Of a stretch of 64,000 nucleotides of DNA, positions 47,277 to 56,612 are shown in pieces. Both the position numbers and the translations under genes were made by a program. The notes below the pieces were generated by a model that did not search any database, had not been told where the DNA came from, and was given only the letters and a program-made list of their open reading frames with translations. Source of the stretch: a virus (taxonomy: Duplodnaviria > Caudoviricetes); the IMG/VR virus record IMGVR_UViG_2767802080_000001, positions 25,770 to 89,769 of that record; one strand, 5' to 3'. The stretch's first letter is position 1; each line of letters opens with the position of its first letter.

Positions 47277-47660
47277 ATGCACGTCGAGGTGCAGGTCGAC
47301 CCGTCACGCCTTCAGAGGATGTTGAGGCGGCGAGGCGGCCTTGCAGAGCGCAGGCTGCGGGCCCGCACGGAACGGGTGGCCGCCCTCGCCCGCCAGGAGG
47401 CCGCCCCTCACGGCAGCGTCGCCTCCCGCATCACCACCGACGTCCGCGAGGGCCCTAGCGGCCTGGTCGGGTTCGTGATCTCCAACCATCCGGCGAGCCG
47501 GTACATCCTCGACGGGACGCGGCCGCACCTCATCCGGCCGCGCAGGCGGAAGGCTCTGCGGTTCGACGTCGGCGGGGAGATCGTCTTCGCCAAGCTCGTA
47601 CGCCACCCCGGCACCCGGGCGCACAACTTCCTCGGGATCGCCCTGCGGCTCGGCCGGTGA
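47277..47660 (+). CDS. HK97 gp10-like neck protein
   Basis: GTRPHLIRP..LRF..VRHPGT..FL. Confidence 0.7.
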   Translation: MHVEVQVDPSRLQRMLRRRGGLAERRLRARTERVAALARQEAAPHGSVASRITTDVREGPSGLVGFVISNHPASRYILDGTRPHLIRPRRRKALRFDVGGEIVFAKLVRHPGTRAHNFLGIALRLGR

Positions 47661-47734
47661 CCGGCAGGTAGCCCAGAGCCCCGGAGGCTGCCGCGGGGCT
47701 CTCATGCCGGCAGGAGGTCGGTAGCCGCCGCCGC

Positions 47735-47773
47735 TACTCTGTTCCCTCGCACGCTGCTGGTTGTGGGCCGGGC
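47735..47773 (+). promoter_or_regulatory. Late-gene element copy 3 (TACTCT + motif)
   Basis: Upstream of tail assembly chaperone. Confidence 0.78.
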
Positions 47774-47806
47774 GTTTGCGCAACCCCTGAAGGGGGCGAC
47801 TCGCCC

Positions 47807-48244
47807 ATGGCCACCAGAACGTTTTCCGTGAACACCGAGCCTCACGTCGCGGTCATCGGTGACATCGAACTCCGCTTCCAGCCCGAGGTCGCAGGCTCTG
47901 AGTTCCTCGACGTGTACGAGCGGCTGGTCTCGACGCAGAAGCAGGTCGGGACGGACCTGGCGAAAGCGGATCCGCGTCAGATGCGGGAGGTCCTGGCAGC
48001 GCTCCGAGGCTTCATCAAGGAGCTGATGCTGCCCGAGTCGGTCCCCGTCTTCGACAAGATGCCGCTCCCTGACCGCATCATGATCGAACTCGTTGAGTTC
48101 CTGATGGAGGTCTACGGGGGCGGGGTGAACAAGAAGCGCCCTACTACACGGTCCAGCGGCTCCTCGCCAGCATCGCCGAGTCCTGGGACACGTGGACCGG
48201 CCACCTCGCCCTCCAAGGCGTCGACCCGCGCACGTGGTCGCTGA
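47807..48244 (+). CDS. Tail assembly chaperone (G)
   Basis: Just upstream of tape measure; ends RPT + low-complexity tail. Confidence 0.75.
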   Translation: MATRTFSVNTEPHVAVIGDIELRFQPEVAGSEFLDVYERLVSTQKQVGTDLAKADPRQMREVLAALRGFIKELMLPESVPVFDKMPLPDRIMIELVEFLMEVYGGGVNKKRPTTRSSGSSPASPSPGTRGPATSPSKASTRARGR

Positions 48245-48462
48245 ACACCATGCTGTCGGCCGCCGAGGCCGCCCTGGACCAGTCCGCCGAGGACGACAAG
48301 GCGCGGGAGCGCAACCGGGCGCGCCTGTACGCCCCGCCGAAGGGCGAGCGCGCCCGCCAAGGGCGTACCGCGGCCGGGGCCATGGCGCCTCATGAGGCGC
48401 AGCAGCTGATCTCCATGGCGGCGGCGGAGGACGCCAAGCTCCGTCGGGCGGCCAGCGGATAA
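48139..48462 (+). CDS. Tail assembly chaperone T part (probable -1 frameshift product)
   Basis: The -1 frame reads PYYTVQRLLASIAESWDTW.. through to 48462. Confidence 0.6.
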   Translation, partial: PYYTVQRLLASIAESWDTWTGHLALQGVDPRTWSLNTMLSAAEAALDQSAEDDKARERNRARLYAPPKGERARQGRTAAGAMAPHEAQQLISMAAAEDAKLRRAASG

Positions 48463-48492
48463 CCTGAGATCGCCGCTGGTTCTGGGCCGGGC
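48460..48492 (+). promoter_or_regulatory. Late-gene element copy 4 (TAACCT + motif)
   Basis: Upstream of tape measure gene. Confidence 0.8.
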
Positions 48493-48518
48493 AACCGAAC
48501 GCTTCGTGAGGTTGCCCG

Positions 48519-51500
48519 ATGGCCGAGGAAGAGGACTACGGGACCGGCCGCGTACGGATCGTCCTCGACGACAGCGCCGTAGACGGCGAGGCGCGCGCGA
48601 TCGGGCGGCGCATCCAGCGGTCGCTTGAGCGGGCGACCCGCAACCTCGGACAGCAGCTACGCCGGAACATCACCCGGGCCCTGCGCGGGGACTTCTCCGT
48701 CCGCGTCAGCCCGGACACCGCGGACTTCCGCACCCGGCTGGCCAGCCAGCTGCGGGAGCTGGAGGCCGTCGCGGTCCCGGTCGTCCCGGACCTGGACCGT
48801 TTCGAGAGTGACCTCGTCACCGGCCTGCGGGGCCTGGGCGCCGTTGAGGTGCCGGTCCTGCCGGACCTCGACCGTTTCGAGAGCGCTCTCCGCGCTGAGC
48901 TGCAGGGCTTCGGCGACGTCGAGGTGCCGGTAGTCCCGGACTTCGACCGTTTCGAGAGCGCTCTCGCACTCGGGCTGCTGGGCTTGGGCTCGGTCGAGGT
49001 GCCGGTGGTCCCGGACCTGGACCGTTTCGAGGTCGCTCTCCGGGCGGGGCTGCCGGACCTGCGCTCGGTCGAGGTGCCGGTGGTCCCGGATCTCGACCGT
49101 TTCGAGAGCGCCCTCCTGGTCGGGTTGCGGGGCCTCGGCGAGATCGAGGTCCGGGTCGTCCCCAACCTGGACCGTTTCGAGAGCGCCCTCCTGGTTGGGC
49201 TGCGGGGCCTCGGCGAGATCGAGGTCCGGGTCGTCCCCAACCTGGACCGTTTCGACAGCGCCCTCCTCGCCGGGCTTCGAAGCCTGGACAGCATCGACGT
49301 CCCGGTCGTCCCGGACCTGGAAGGCTTCGTGGAGCGGCTCCGCGCCGCACTCGCCGGGGTCGAGCTCTCCGTCCGTGTCGTCCCGGACCTGGACGGCTTC
49401 GACGCCCGGATCCGCGCGCACCGCCCGCCCGACGTCACGGTCAACGTCAACCCCAACGTCGACGCCAACCGGCTCACCCGCTCGCTGTCGCGGGTCAAGA
49501 GCGTCGCCGGTGGCGTCGTGAAGGCGCTGGGCGGGCTGCTCGCCTTCGGGGCCGTCGGTATCGCAGCTGCGAACGCCGCAGCCGGGGTCGGCGCGTTCAT
49601 CGCCGCCGTCACCCCCGCGGCCGGGATCGTCGCCGCCTTTCCCGCGGCGATCCTGACGACCGTCGCCGCGATGGGCGCGCTGAAGCTCGCGCTGTCGGGC
49701 GTCAGCGAGGCCTTCTCCGCCGCGCTCACGGGGAGCGCGAAGGCGTTCGAGAAGAGCCTCGAAGGGCTCTCGCCCAAGGCCCGAGCAGCGGCGCGGGAGC
49801 TCCGGGGGCTGAAGCCGGCATTCGAGGACCTGCGCAACTCGGTGCAGGACAGCTTCTTCGGCAAGATCGAGGGGCAGATCACAGACCTTGCGAGTGCCCT
49901 TGGCGGCCCGCTGGAAAAGGGCCTGTCGAAGATCGCAGCCAACTTCGGCACGGCCGCGGCCCGCGTCGGGAACTTCCTGCAGTCCGCGCGGGGCGTCGCC
50001 GCGGTCAAGAACATCCTCACCGGCACCGAGGAGGCAACGAAGGGCCTGGCCGCCGCCCTGCGGCCCGTGGTGGGGGGCTTCGTGCGCGTGGCTGGCAGCG
50101 TCAGCGAGGCCTTCGGTGAGCAGCTGGGCAGCAAGATCGAAGACGTGGGTAAGCGGCTCGGCCGCTTCCTCGAGAACGCAGCGAAGTCCGGGCGGGCGGT
50201 GGCCGCCGTCGGCGCCGCGGTGGGCGTCTTCCGGCAGCTCGGCGCGATCATCTCCAACGTCCGCTCCATCATCAGCGGCGTCTTCGAGGCCGGGGAGCAA
50301 GCAGGGGCTGGATTCCTCGCCCGCCTGGAGAAGATCACCCAGAAGTTCGACAAGTTCGTCAACTCCGACCGCGGGCAGAAGACGCTCGGGAACCTCTTCG
50401 CGACGGTCGGCACGATCGCCGCGCAGCTCGGCCCGATCCTGGCCGCGCTGCTCACACAGATCGGTGCGATCGCCCCCGCCCTCGCGCCGATCTTCACCGC
50501 GCTCGGCCCGGCCCTGACCAACCTGATCAATGCGTTGGGCCCGGCTCTGGCGTCGATCGCCCCGGCTCTGGCGACGGTCGGTACGGTGCTGGCCGACGCC
50601 TTCGAGGAACTTGCCTCTGGTGATGTGCTGACCGCGGTCGGCGCGGTGATCGGGAGACTGCTGACCGGGCTGGCGCCGCTGCTGCCGCTGGTCGGCGCGC
50701 TGGCGAACACCGTGCTGGCGGCCCTGGCACCCGCCTTCCAGGCCGTCCTGGAAGTCCTGAACCCGGTCATCGCCACTCTTGTCGGCGCGCTCATGCCGGT
50801 GCTGCCGCAGCTGACCACGGCGCTCCAGTCGATCCTCAAGGCGGTCATCCCACTGGGGACCGCGCTCGGCGAGGCACTCGGTACGGCCATCGTGGGTCTG
50901 GGCCCGCTCCTGCTCATCCTCGCGCAGGCCATCGCTCAAGTCGTCGCCGCCCTCGTCCCCTTTGTCACGGCGCTCGTCGACGCCCTGATCCCCGTCCTGC
51001 CGCCGCTGGTCACTGCCTTCCAGGCGGTCGTGGACGCTGTGATCCCCTTGGTGCCGCCGCTCGCGGAGCTCCTCGCGTCGCTCGCCCCGCTGGCGGTCCT
51101 GATCGTGAAGATCGCGGCGCCGCTGCTCCAGGCCGCTGCGGCCCTCACCGGCTGGCTCGTTATCGAGGGCGTCGTGCCGCTCATCGAGGGCATCGTGTCC
51201 GCGCTGACCGGCTTGGCCAAGGTCCTGACGTTCATCGTCACTGCGGTGACGAGCTTCGTGCAACTGATCATCGACGGGTTTCAGTTCCTGTTTGACACGC
51301 TCGTGGGCGGGTCGATCGTCCCAGACCTGGTGAACGCGATCGTCACGCTGTTCACCAACCTCCCGCTCCTCATCCTCAGCGCGATCAGTGGCCTCGTGTC
51401 GACCGTGGTCGGCGTCTTCAGGAGCCTCGCGTCCGCGGCGCTGAGCGTGGTGAGCAGCGCCGTGAGCAACGTCGTGCGGTTCTTCTCCCAGCTGCCCGGC

Positions 51501-52880
51501 CGCGCCGCATCGGTCCTGGGGGCGCTCCCCGGCCGGGTGTCGGAGCTGTTCAACCGGGCCCGGTCCGCAGCCGTGTCCGCGGTCCGGGATCTGCTCGGTG
51601 CCGTCCTCGACCTCCTGCGGAGCCTGCCGGGCCGGGCGGCGTCCGCCCTGTCCGGGGCCGCCTCGGCGCTCGTCGGCGCGGGGCGTGACCTCATCCAGGG
51701 CATGATCGGCGGCATCAAGTCGGTGGCTGGCAGCCTGGCCTCAGCCGCAAAGGATGTCGTGAGCGGTGCCATCAGCGGGGCGAAGAGCGTGCTGGGCATC
51801 AGCAGCCCCTCGAAGGTCTTCGCGGAGATCGGCCGGGACACCGGCCTCGGCTTCATCAAGGGCCTGACGGGGACGGCCTCGGAGATCGAGCAGACCACCA
51901 AGAAGCTCGCCGACGCCATCACCCGCGCGTTCCGGGGCCGCAAGACGACCGTGGACGACCGGCTCGTCAGCCTCCTGGAGAGCGGCAACCGGCGGCTCCA
52001 GCGCCTGGCGTCGCAACGTGAGGCACTGCTCAAGAAGATCGCGGACGCGCAGAAGTTCGCGGCGGACACCACGGCCGCGGCTCTCCAGTCCGGTGCGCTG
52101 CAGAACTTCGCACGCGACGGCCAGGTGAACGCGGACAACATCATCGACGGCCTGCGCAACGCCGTCTCCCAGATCGAGGGCTTCACCCGCCGCGTCAACG
52201 CACTCGCGCGCCGCGGTGTCCGTAAGGACTTGCTCCGGCAGATCATCGGCCTCGGCCCCGAGCAGGGCGACGCCTTCGCGCGCGCCCTGGCCTCCGCCGA
52301 CAAGCGCACCCTCCAGCGCATCAACAGCCTCCAGGGCGACCTCGCCGAGGCGTCGACCCGTCTCGGCCGCCGCAGTGCCGACATTCTCTTCGATGCCGGC
52401 AAGGAGGCCGGGCGCGGGTTCCTTGAGGGTCTGAAGGGGCAGCGGGAGCAGATCGAGGACCTCATGCTCGACATCGCCCGCGGGATCCAGCGGGCGATTC
52501 GCGGGGCGCTGCGCATCAAGTCGCCGTCGAGAGTGTTCGCCGACATCGGTGACCAGACCGGTGCGGGCCTGGAGCAAGGACTGCTGCGCCGCGTCGCCGT
52601 GCTTGAGGAGGCGCTGCGCGGCGCCGCCCGGGGCCTGGCCGACACGGTGGCGGGGGAACTCGTGCGCAGCCCTGCAGTGAGCGGGCTGGCCGCCACGCCT
52701 CAGGCCTCGCTGGTACGCACGCCCACGAGCACGCAGGTGCCGGGGCCGACGGCGAGCAGCGACCGCCAGAAGGCGAGGCCGCAGGAGGTCACCAACACCT
52801 TCTACATCACGGAGGTTGGCGACGCCCGGACGACCGCGCATCAGGTCGTGACGCGCCTGACCCTCGCGTCAGGGATCTGA
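48519..52880 (+). CDS. Tape measure protein
   Basis: 1453 aa, Ala/Leu-rich amphipathic repeats, two I.SPS.VF motifs. Confidence 0.9.
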   Translation: MAEEEDYGTGRVRIVLDDSAVDGEARAIGRRIQRSLERATRNLGQQLRRNITRALRGDFSVRVSPDTADFRTRLASQLRELEAVAVPVVPDLDRFESDLVTGLRGLGAVEVPVLPDLDRFESALRAELQGFGDVEVPVVPDFDRFESALALGLLGLGSVEVPVVPDLDRFEVALRAGLPDLRSVEVPVVPDLDRFESALLVGLRGLGEIEVRVVPNLDRFESALLVGLRGLGEIEVRVVPNLDRFDSALLAGLRSLDSIDVPVVPDLEGFVERLRAALAGVELSVRVVPDLDGFDARIRAHRPPDVTVNVNPNVDANRLTRSLSRVKSVAGGVVKALGGLLAFGAVGIAAANAAAGVGAFIAAVTPAAGIVAAFPAAILTTVAAMGALKLALSGVSEAFSAALTGSAKAFEKSLEGLSPKARAAARELRGLKPAFEDLRNSVQDSFFGKIEGQITDLASALGGPLEKGLSKIAANFGTAAARVGNFLQSARGVAAVKNILTGTEEATKGLAAALRPVVGGFVRVAGSVSEAFGEQLGSKIEDVGKRLGRFLENAAKSGRAVAAVGAAVGVFRQLGAIISNVRSIISGVFEAGEQAGAGFLARLEKITQKFDKFVNSDRGQKTLGNLFATVGTIAAQLGPILAALLTQIGAIAPALAPIFTALGPALTNLINALGPALASIAPALATVGTVLADAFEELASGDVLTAVGAVIGRLLTGLAPLLPLVGALANTVLAALAPAFQAVLEVLNPVIATLVGALMPVLPQLTTALQSILKAVIPLGTALGEALGTAIVGLGPLLLILAQAIAQVVAALVPFVTALVDALIPVLPPLVTAFQAVVDAVIPLVPPLAELLASLAPLAVLIVKIAAPLLQAAAALTGWLVIEGVVPLIEGIVSALTGLAKVLTFIVTAVTSFVQLIIDGFQFLFDTLVGGSIVPDLVNAIVTLFTNLPLLILSAISGLVSTVVGVFRSLASAALSVVSSAVSNVVRFFSQLPGRAASVLGALPGRVSELFNRARSAAVSAVRDLLGAVLDLLRSLPGRAASALSGAASALVGAGRDLIQGMIGGIKSVAGSLASAAKDVVSGAISGAKSVLGISSPSKVFAEIGRDTGLGFIKGLTGTASEIEQTTKKLADAITRAFRGRKTTVDDRLVSLLESGNRRLQRLASQREALLKKIADAQKFAADTTAAALQSGALQNFARDGQVNADNIIDGLRNAVSQIEGFTRRVNALARRGVRKDLLRQIIGLGPEQGDAFARALASADKRTLQRINSLQGDLAEASTRLGRRSADILFDAGKEAGRGFLEGLKGQREQIEDLMLDIARGIQRAIRGALRIKSPSRVFADIGDQTGAGLEQGLLRRVAVLEEALRGAARGLADTVAGELVRSPAVSGLAATPQASLVRTPTSTQVPGPTASSDRQKARPQEVTNTFYITEVGDARTTAHQVVTRLTLASGI
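48690..49450 (+). repeat. 75-bp (25-aa) tandem repeat in tape measure gene
   Basis: GACCGTTTC recurs at 48795, 48870, 48945, 49020, 49095, 49170, 49245. Confidence 0.9.
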
Positions 52881-52915
52881 CCGGCGGATCTTAGGAGGCC
52901 GCCCGGGCGGCGTCT

Positions 52916-53161
52916 TCACTTCGCAGGACGAGGCGGGCGGCCGGTCGACGTTCTGGAGGCGATGACGGCGCGGCCTGTCTTCGCCGCGCACTCGGTGCCG
53001 ACCCCGGCCCGGACGGCGCGCTCCGACTTCAGCGGCCGACCGCACTCCGAGCAGGTGACGGCCGTCTGCCGCTGGCGGCGCCGCACCGGCGTCCGCTGCT
53101 CGGGGACGTCGAACAGCAGGGGCTGGCTGGCTTCGGGTACCTCGCTGCCGCGTGTACGCAT
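52916..53161 (-). CDS. DUF6011-like Zn-finger protein
   Basis: CSECGRPL..S/A..GVGTEC motif. Confidence 0.65.
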   Translation of the reverse strand: MRTRGSEVPEASQPLLFDVPEQRTPVRRRQRQTAVTCSECGRPLKSERAVRAGVGTECAAKTGRAVIASRTSTGRPPRPAK

Positions 53162-53232
53162 ACGTCCAGGATGCCCGACTGGCGGTGGGTGTCGCAGGGG
53201 ATTGGCCGACGGCCGCAGCGGGCGGCGCCTCC

Positions 53233-53268
53233 TAGACTGGCCGGTGCGCCGCTGGTTGTGGGCCGGGC
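53233..53268 (+). promoter_or_regulatory. Late-gene element copy 5 (TAGACT + motif)
   Basis: Upstream of distal tail gene. Confidence 0.8.
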
Positions 53269-53296
53269 CGCCAACGCTGTTGCGGGAGGTGGCCTC

Positions 53297-54733
53297 TTGG
53301 CGCTCTTGGACTACATCACGCTGGGCGGCGTCGAGATCGCGAACGCGGCCCGGCTCGCGGCCTACCTGGACGCGGAGTCGGTTGGCTCGCCGCTGAGCAG
53401 CTTCACGCCCTGCTCCTGCCCCACGATCACGGCGGAGTCCCTGGGCGACCTGCCGTACACCACGCCCGCCGAGGACGAGGCGCCCTGGTACGACCCCGAC
53501 CTGCCCGTGAGCGAGGACTTCGCGGGCCTGCTGGTCCTGTCCATCGAGGGCCTCGACGAGTACCCGGTGCGGCGGGCGGTGACGAACGCGGTCACGGGCG
53601 GCGGCGTCCTGGGCCCGGCACGTGTTCTGCCGCGCACCATGGTCGTGACCGGCATCCTCCTGGGCCGGACCTGCTGCGGCGTCGAGTACGGCCTGCACTG
53701 GCTCTCCGAAGCCCTCCAGGGCTGCGCGGGCAACGAGTGTGACGGCGACTGCATGGAACTCCTCTCGTGCTGCCCGGACGAGGAGCTCAGCGAGGAGTGT
53801 CTGAACGAGGCGCACCGGCGCACGCTGCGTCGTGTCGCGCTCGTCGACGGGCCGCGTGTCGTCTCCCGCGCGGGCGACGGCTGTTCGGCGGGGGAGTGCG
53901 CGGCGAGCGGTGCCGATGTCGTCACCGTCGAGTTCACCCTCGTCGCGGCCACGCCGTGGCTGTGGACGGACCCGGTGCCGTTGATCGAGGTCGCGCCGCC
54001 GCTCGATGACAGCACCGAGTGCGTGACCTGGTGCCTGGACGGCGGCACCGAAGACCCCACCCTGTGCCTCGAGCTCACCGAGACCTGCCCGCCCGGCTCG
54101 TTCGGGGTGGAGGAGACCACGGAGGCCTGCGACCTGGCGTGGCCGGTGAACGAGGACGACGGGCCCTGTGACGGCACCTGTCGCCTCGCCGCGTGCGCGG
54201 ACCCCACGGCGCTGTGCCCGGACCCGCTCTGCAAGACGCCGACGCCACCGACAGTGGAGGCGCCTCAGGAGACGTGCTTCTGCCTGCCGCTGGCCGTGGA
54301 GCGCCGGTGCTGTGACGTCGACCTGTCCGCCTGCCCGGCCTGGGCCGTCGACGTGCCGATCATCATCGTCCGCGCGGGCAGCAAGGACCTGCGCAACCTC
54401 ACGATCACCTTCTTCGAGCGCTCGCCGAACCACGAGGACATGACGTGTGAGGAGATCGCCGACGCGGAGCGCTGCAACACGGTGGCGGTCTTCCACATCG
54501 CGTACGTGCCCGCGGGCGGGGCGCTCACCCTGGACGGCCAGACGGGCCGCCCGATCGTCGAGTGCGGCGGCGTCTGCGAGTCGAGCCCCGACGTGTACGG
54601 CCTCGACGGAGGCCCGCTCAAGTTCCCGACGCTGACCTGCGCCAGCTACGTGATCTGCATGGAGTCCGACCTCCTGCACCCCCCGTCCGGCGACGCGGTG
54701 GTCACGGTCAGCGTCACGGGCCGCGGCTTCTGA
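53297..54733 (+). CDS. Cys-rich distal/minor tail protein
   Basis: TTG after GGAGG; follows tape measure; about 33 Cys. Confidence 0.75.
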   Translation: MALLDYITLGGVEIANAARLAAYLDAESVGSPLSSFTPCSCPTITAESLGDLPYTTPAEDEAPWYDPDLPVSEDFAGLLVLSIEGLDEYPVRRAVTNAVTGGGVLGPARVLPRTMVVTGILLGRTCCGVEYGLHWLSEALQGCAGNECDGDCMELLSCCPDEELSEECLNEAHRRTLRRVALVDGPRVVSRAGDGCSAGECAASGADVVTVEFTLVAATPWLWTDPVPLIEVAPPLDDSTECVTWCLDGGTEDPTLCLELTETCPPGSFGVEETTEACDLAWPVNEDDGPCDGTCRLAACADPTALCPDPLCKTPTPPTVEAPQETCFCLPLAVERRCCDVDLSACPAWAVDVPIIIVRAGSKDLRNLTITFFERSPNHEDMTCEEIADAERCNTVAVFHIAYVPAGGALTLDGQTGRPIVECGGVCESSPDVYGLDGGPLKFPTLTCASYVICMESDLLHPPSGDAVVTVSVTGRGF

Positions 54734-54747
54734 CCTGCACTCCCGGC

Positions 54748-54783
54748 TACCCTGGCCGGTGCGCCGCTGGTTGTGGGCCGGGC
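54748..54783 (+). promoter_or_regulatory. Late-gene element copy 6 (TACCCT + motif)
   Basis: Intergenic. Confidence 0.8.
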
Positions 54784-54811
54784 CGACACCTCCCTGAGAG
54801 GCGGTTCGGCC

Positions 54812-55858
54812 GTGGCTGTAGCCGGATGCGGGACACACTCCTGCCGGATCGTGGACCGTGACGGCGCCACGGTCAGCAACGCCGACGTCCTCACGTCGGT
54901 GGAGTGGAGCCGCGTCCTGGACGACACCTCGGCGGCGAGCGTGGTCGTGTCCCCGGAGGGCGACTGCTGCGAGCGCCTCGGCCTGGTCCGCGCCTGGCGC
55001 CACAGCCTGCTGATCTACCGCGACGACAGCGCGCCGGTGTGGAGCGGGCCCGTCGTCGACGTCCGATGGCATCTGGGGCGCGTGGAGATCTCGGCGCTGG
55101 ACGTGTCGGCGTGGCTGGCCCGGCGCGTGCCGCACGAGACGATCGCGTTCACCAACACCGACCTGGCCGAGATCGCCGACTGGCTGATCACGGACGCGTT
55201 CGCCCCCGACGACCCCGGGCACAGCATCGTGACCGTGGCGCCCACGCGCGTACGCGGCGCCCGCAACTACACCAAGAACGTGGGCCAGGCCCTCGACCAC
55301 CTCACCGACCTCGCCGACACCGGCCTCGACTGGACCGTCCTCGGCCGGACCTTCCTTCTCCTCCCCGAGACCCACCGGGAGAGCGTGGGCAGGCTCAGCG
55401 ACGTCGACTTCCCCGAGGGCCTGGTCGTCGCCGAGGACGGCACCGCGCTCACGACCCGCTGGATTGTGGCCGGTGACGAGGAGGGCGAGGTCCTCGGCGA
55501 AGCGGGCGGCGTGCACCCCTACTACGGGCTGCTGGAGCGCTACTTCGAGCAGACCTCCATCCCGGACGACGCGTCGGCCACCGCGGCCGCCGAGGCCAAG
55601 CTCCGCGCGAGTCAGCCGGTGCCGGTCTTCATCGACTCCCAGCAGGTGACGATCAGCCCCCAGGCGGCGGTCGACGTCGCCCACCTGGTGCCCGGCTGGT
55701 GCCTGGACGTCACCAGCGCCGAGACCTGCCGCACCGTGTCGCAGCGGCTGAAGATCACGGGGGTGACCGTGACCGAGGAGGGCGGCAGCGGCGACGACCC
55801 GGGCAGCGAGAGCGTCCAGGTCCAGGTAGCGGCCACGGGAACGGAGGCGAGCAGCTGA
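54812..55858 (+). CDS. Minor tail / baseplate hub-like protein
   Basis: WSRVLDD..VWSGPV; position after distal tail. Confidence 0.7.
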   Translation: MAVAGCGTHSCRIVDRDGATVSNADVLTSVEWSRVLDDTSAASVVVSPEGDCCERLGLVRAWRHSLLIYRDDSAPVWSGPVVDVRWHLGRVEISALDVSAWLARRVPHETIAFTNTDLAEIADWLITDAFAPDDPGHSIVTVAPTRVRGARNYTKNVGQALDHLTDLADTGLDWTVLGRTFLLLPETHRESVGRLSDVDFPEGLVVAEDGTALTTRWIVAGDEEGEVLGEAGGVHPYYGLLERYFEQTSIPDDASATAAAEAKLRASQPVPVFIDSQQVTISPQAAVDVAHLVPGWCLDVTSAETCRTVSQRLKITGVTVTEEGGSGDDPGSESVQVQVAATGTEASS

Positions 55859-56310
55859 TGGCGCTGCGAGGAAGCCCCGCCCGGCGGCTCCAGGGCAACG
55901 CGCTCGGCAGCATCCTGCGGGACCTGGACCGCAAGACGAGGTCGACGACCAGACGGCGAGGCAAGGCCGCCCCCGCAGCGCCCCAGAATGCGCCTCAGGA
56001 GGGCGCGCAGGGGCGCACCGGCCCCCGAGGGCCCCGGGGCCCTCAAGGGGCGCCAGGAGTGGCGGGAGTGGCCGCCATGGTGGCGGTGACCGGTGAGGAC
56101 GGCCGGGCCCGGGCCGACTTCCCCACGGCCTTCGAGCAGCCGCCGGTGGTGACCGCGATGGCCGCGGGTACCGAGCTGCTGCTTGCGGTCCTCGAGGAGG
56201 TCGGGCCCGGGCACGCGCTCGTGCGCGTGTGGATGCCGCACGGCATGCCGGCCCCGGCGGGGACCGCGGTTCACCTGCTGGCCGCGGCCTCCTCGATCCC
56301 GTCCTCGTAG
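55858..56310 (+). CDS. Tail protein with short collagen-like segment
   Basis: GAQGRTGPRGPRGPQGAPG. Confidence 0.65.
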   Translation: MALRGSPARRLQGNALGSILRDLDRKTRSTTRRRGKAAPAAPQNAPQEGAQGRTGPRGPRGPQGAPGVAGVAAMVAVTGEDGRARADFPTAFEQPPVVTAMAAGTELLLAVLEEVGPGHALVRVWMPHGMPAPAGTAVHLLAAASSIPSS

Positions 56311-56522
56311 AAGGGGTTGAAGACGTAGCCCGAGATGTCGCGGTACAGGTCGCTCTGGATGCGGGCTCCGCCGGTCATGACCTGCTCGGCGTCAGCGGGA
56401 CTCCGCGAGCCAAGGAGCAGTCCCAGGTACAGGAGTTCGTGCTGCGTCAGCTCGGCGGTGACCGTGGCCGGACGGCCCGGCTCCTCGAAGGTGATCGCCT
56501 TGATCTCCACGGGGGCTCCCAT
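56271..56522 (-). CDS. Small hypothetical protein (antisense insert)
   Basis: High GC3 on the minus strand; start at 56522 or 56510. Confidence 0.55.
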   Translation of the reverse strand: MGAPVEIKAITFEEPGRPATVTAELTQHELLYLGLLLGSRSPADAEQVMTGGARIQSDLYRDISGYVFNPFYEDGIEEAAASR

Positions 56523-56548
56523 CAGGTAGAGGCAGGGGCAGCGCACAG

Positions 56549-56583
56549 TACTGTTTCTGGAAGCCGCTGGTTGTGGGCCGGGC
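56549..56583 (+). promoter_or_regulatory. Late-gene element copy 7 (TACTGT + motif)
   Basis: Intergenic. Confidence 0.8.
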
Positions 56584-56612
56584 TGCCGCTGCCTCATGAA
56601 GGGTGAGCCAGG

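Noticed and set aside
48690-49450. 75-bp periodic repeat as CRISPR
   Set aside because: It is in-frame coding sequence with no unique spacers.
34450-55684. Long minus-strand ORFs (34450-37662, 48536-50932, 48657-51263, 52916-55684)
   Set aside because: Shadow ORFs opposite well-supported genes in high-GC DNA; only the last 81 codons of 52916-55684 look real.
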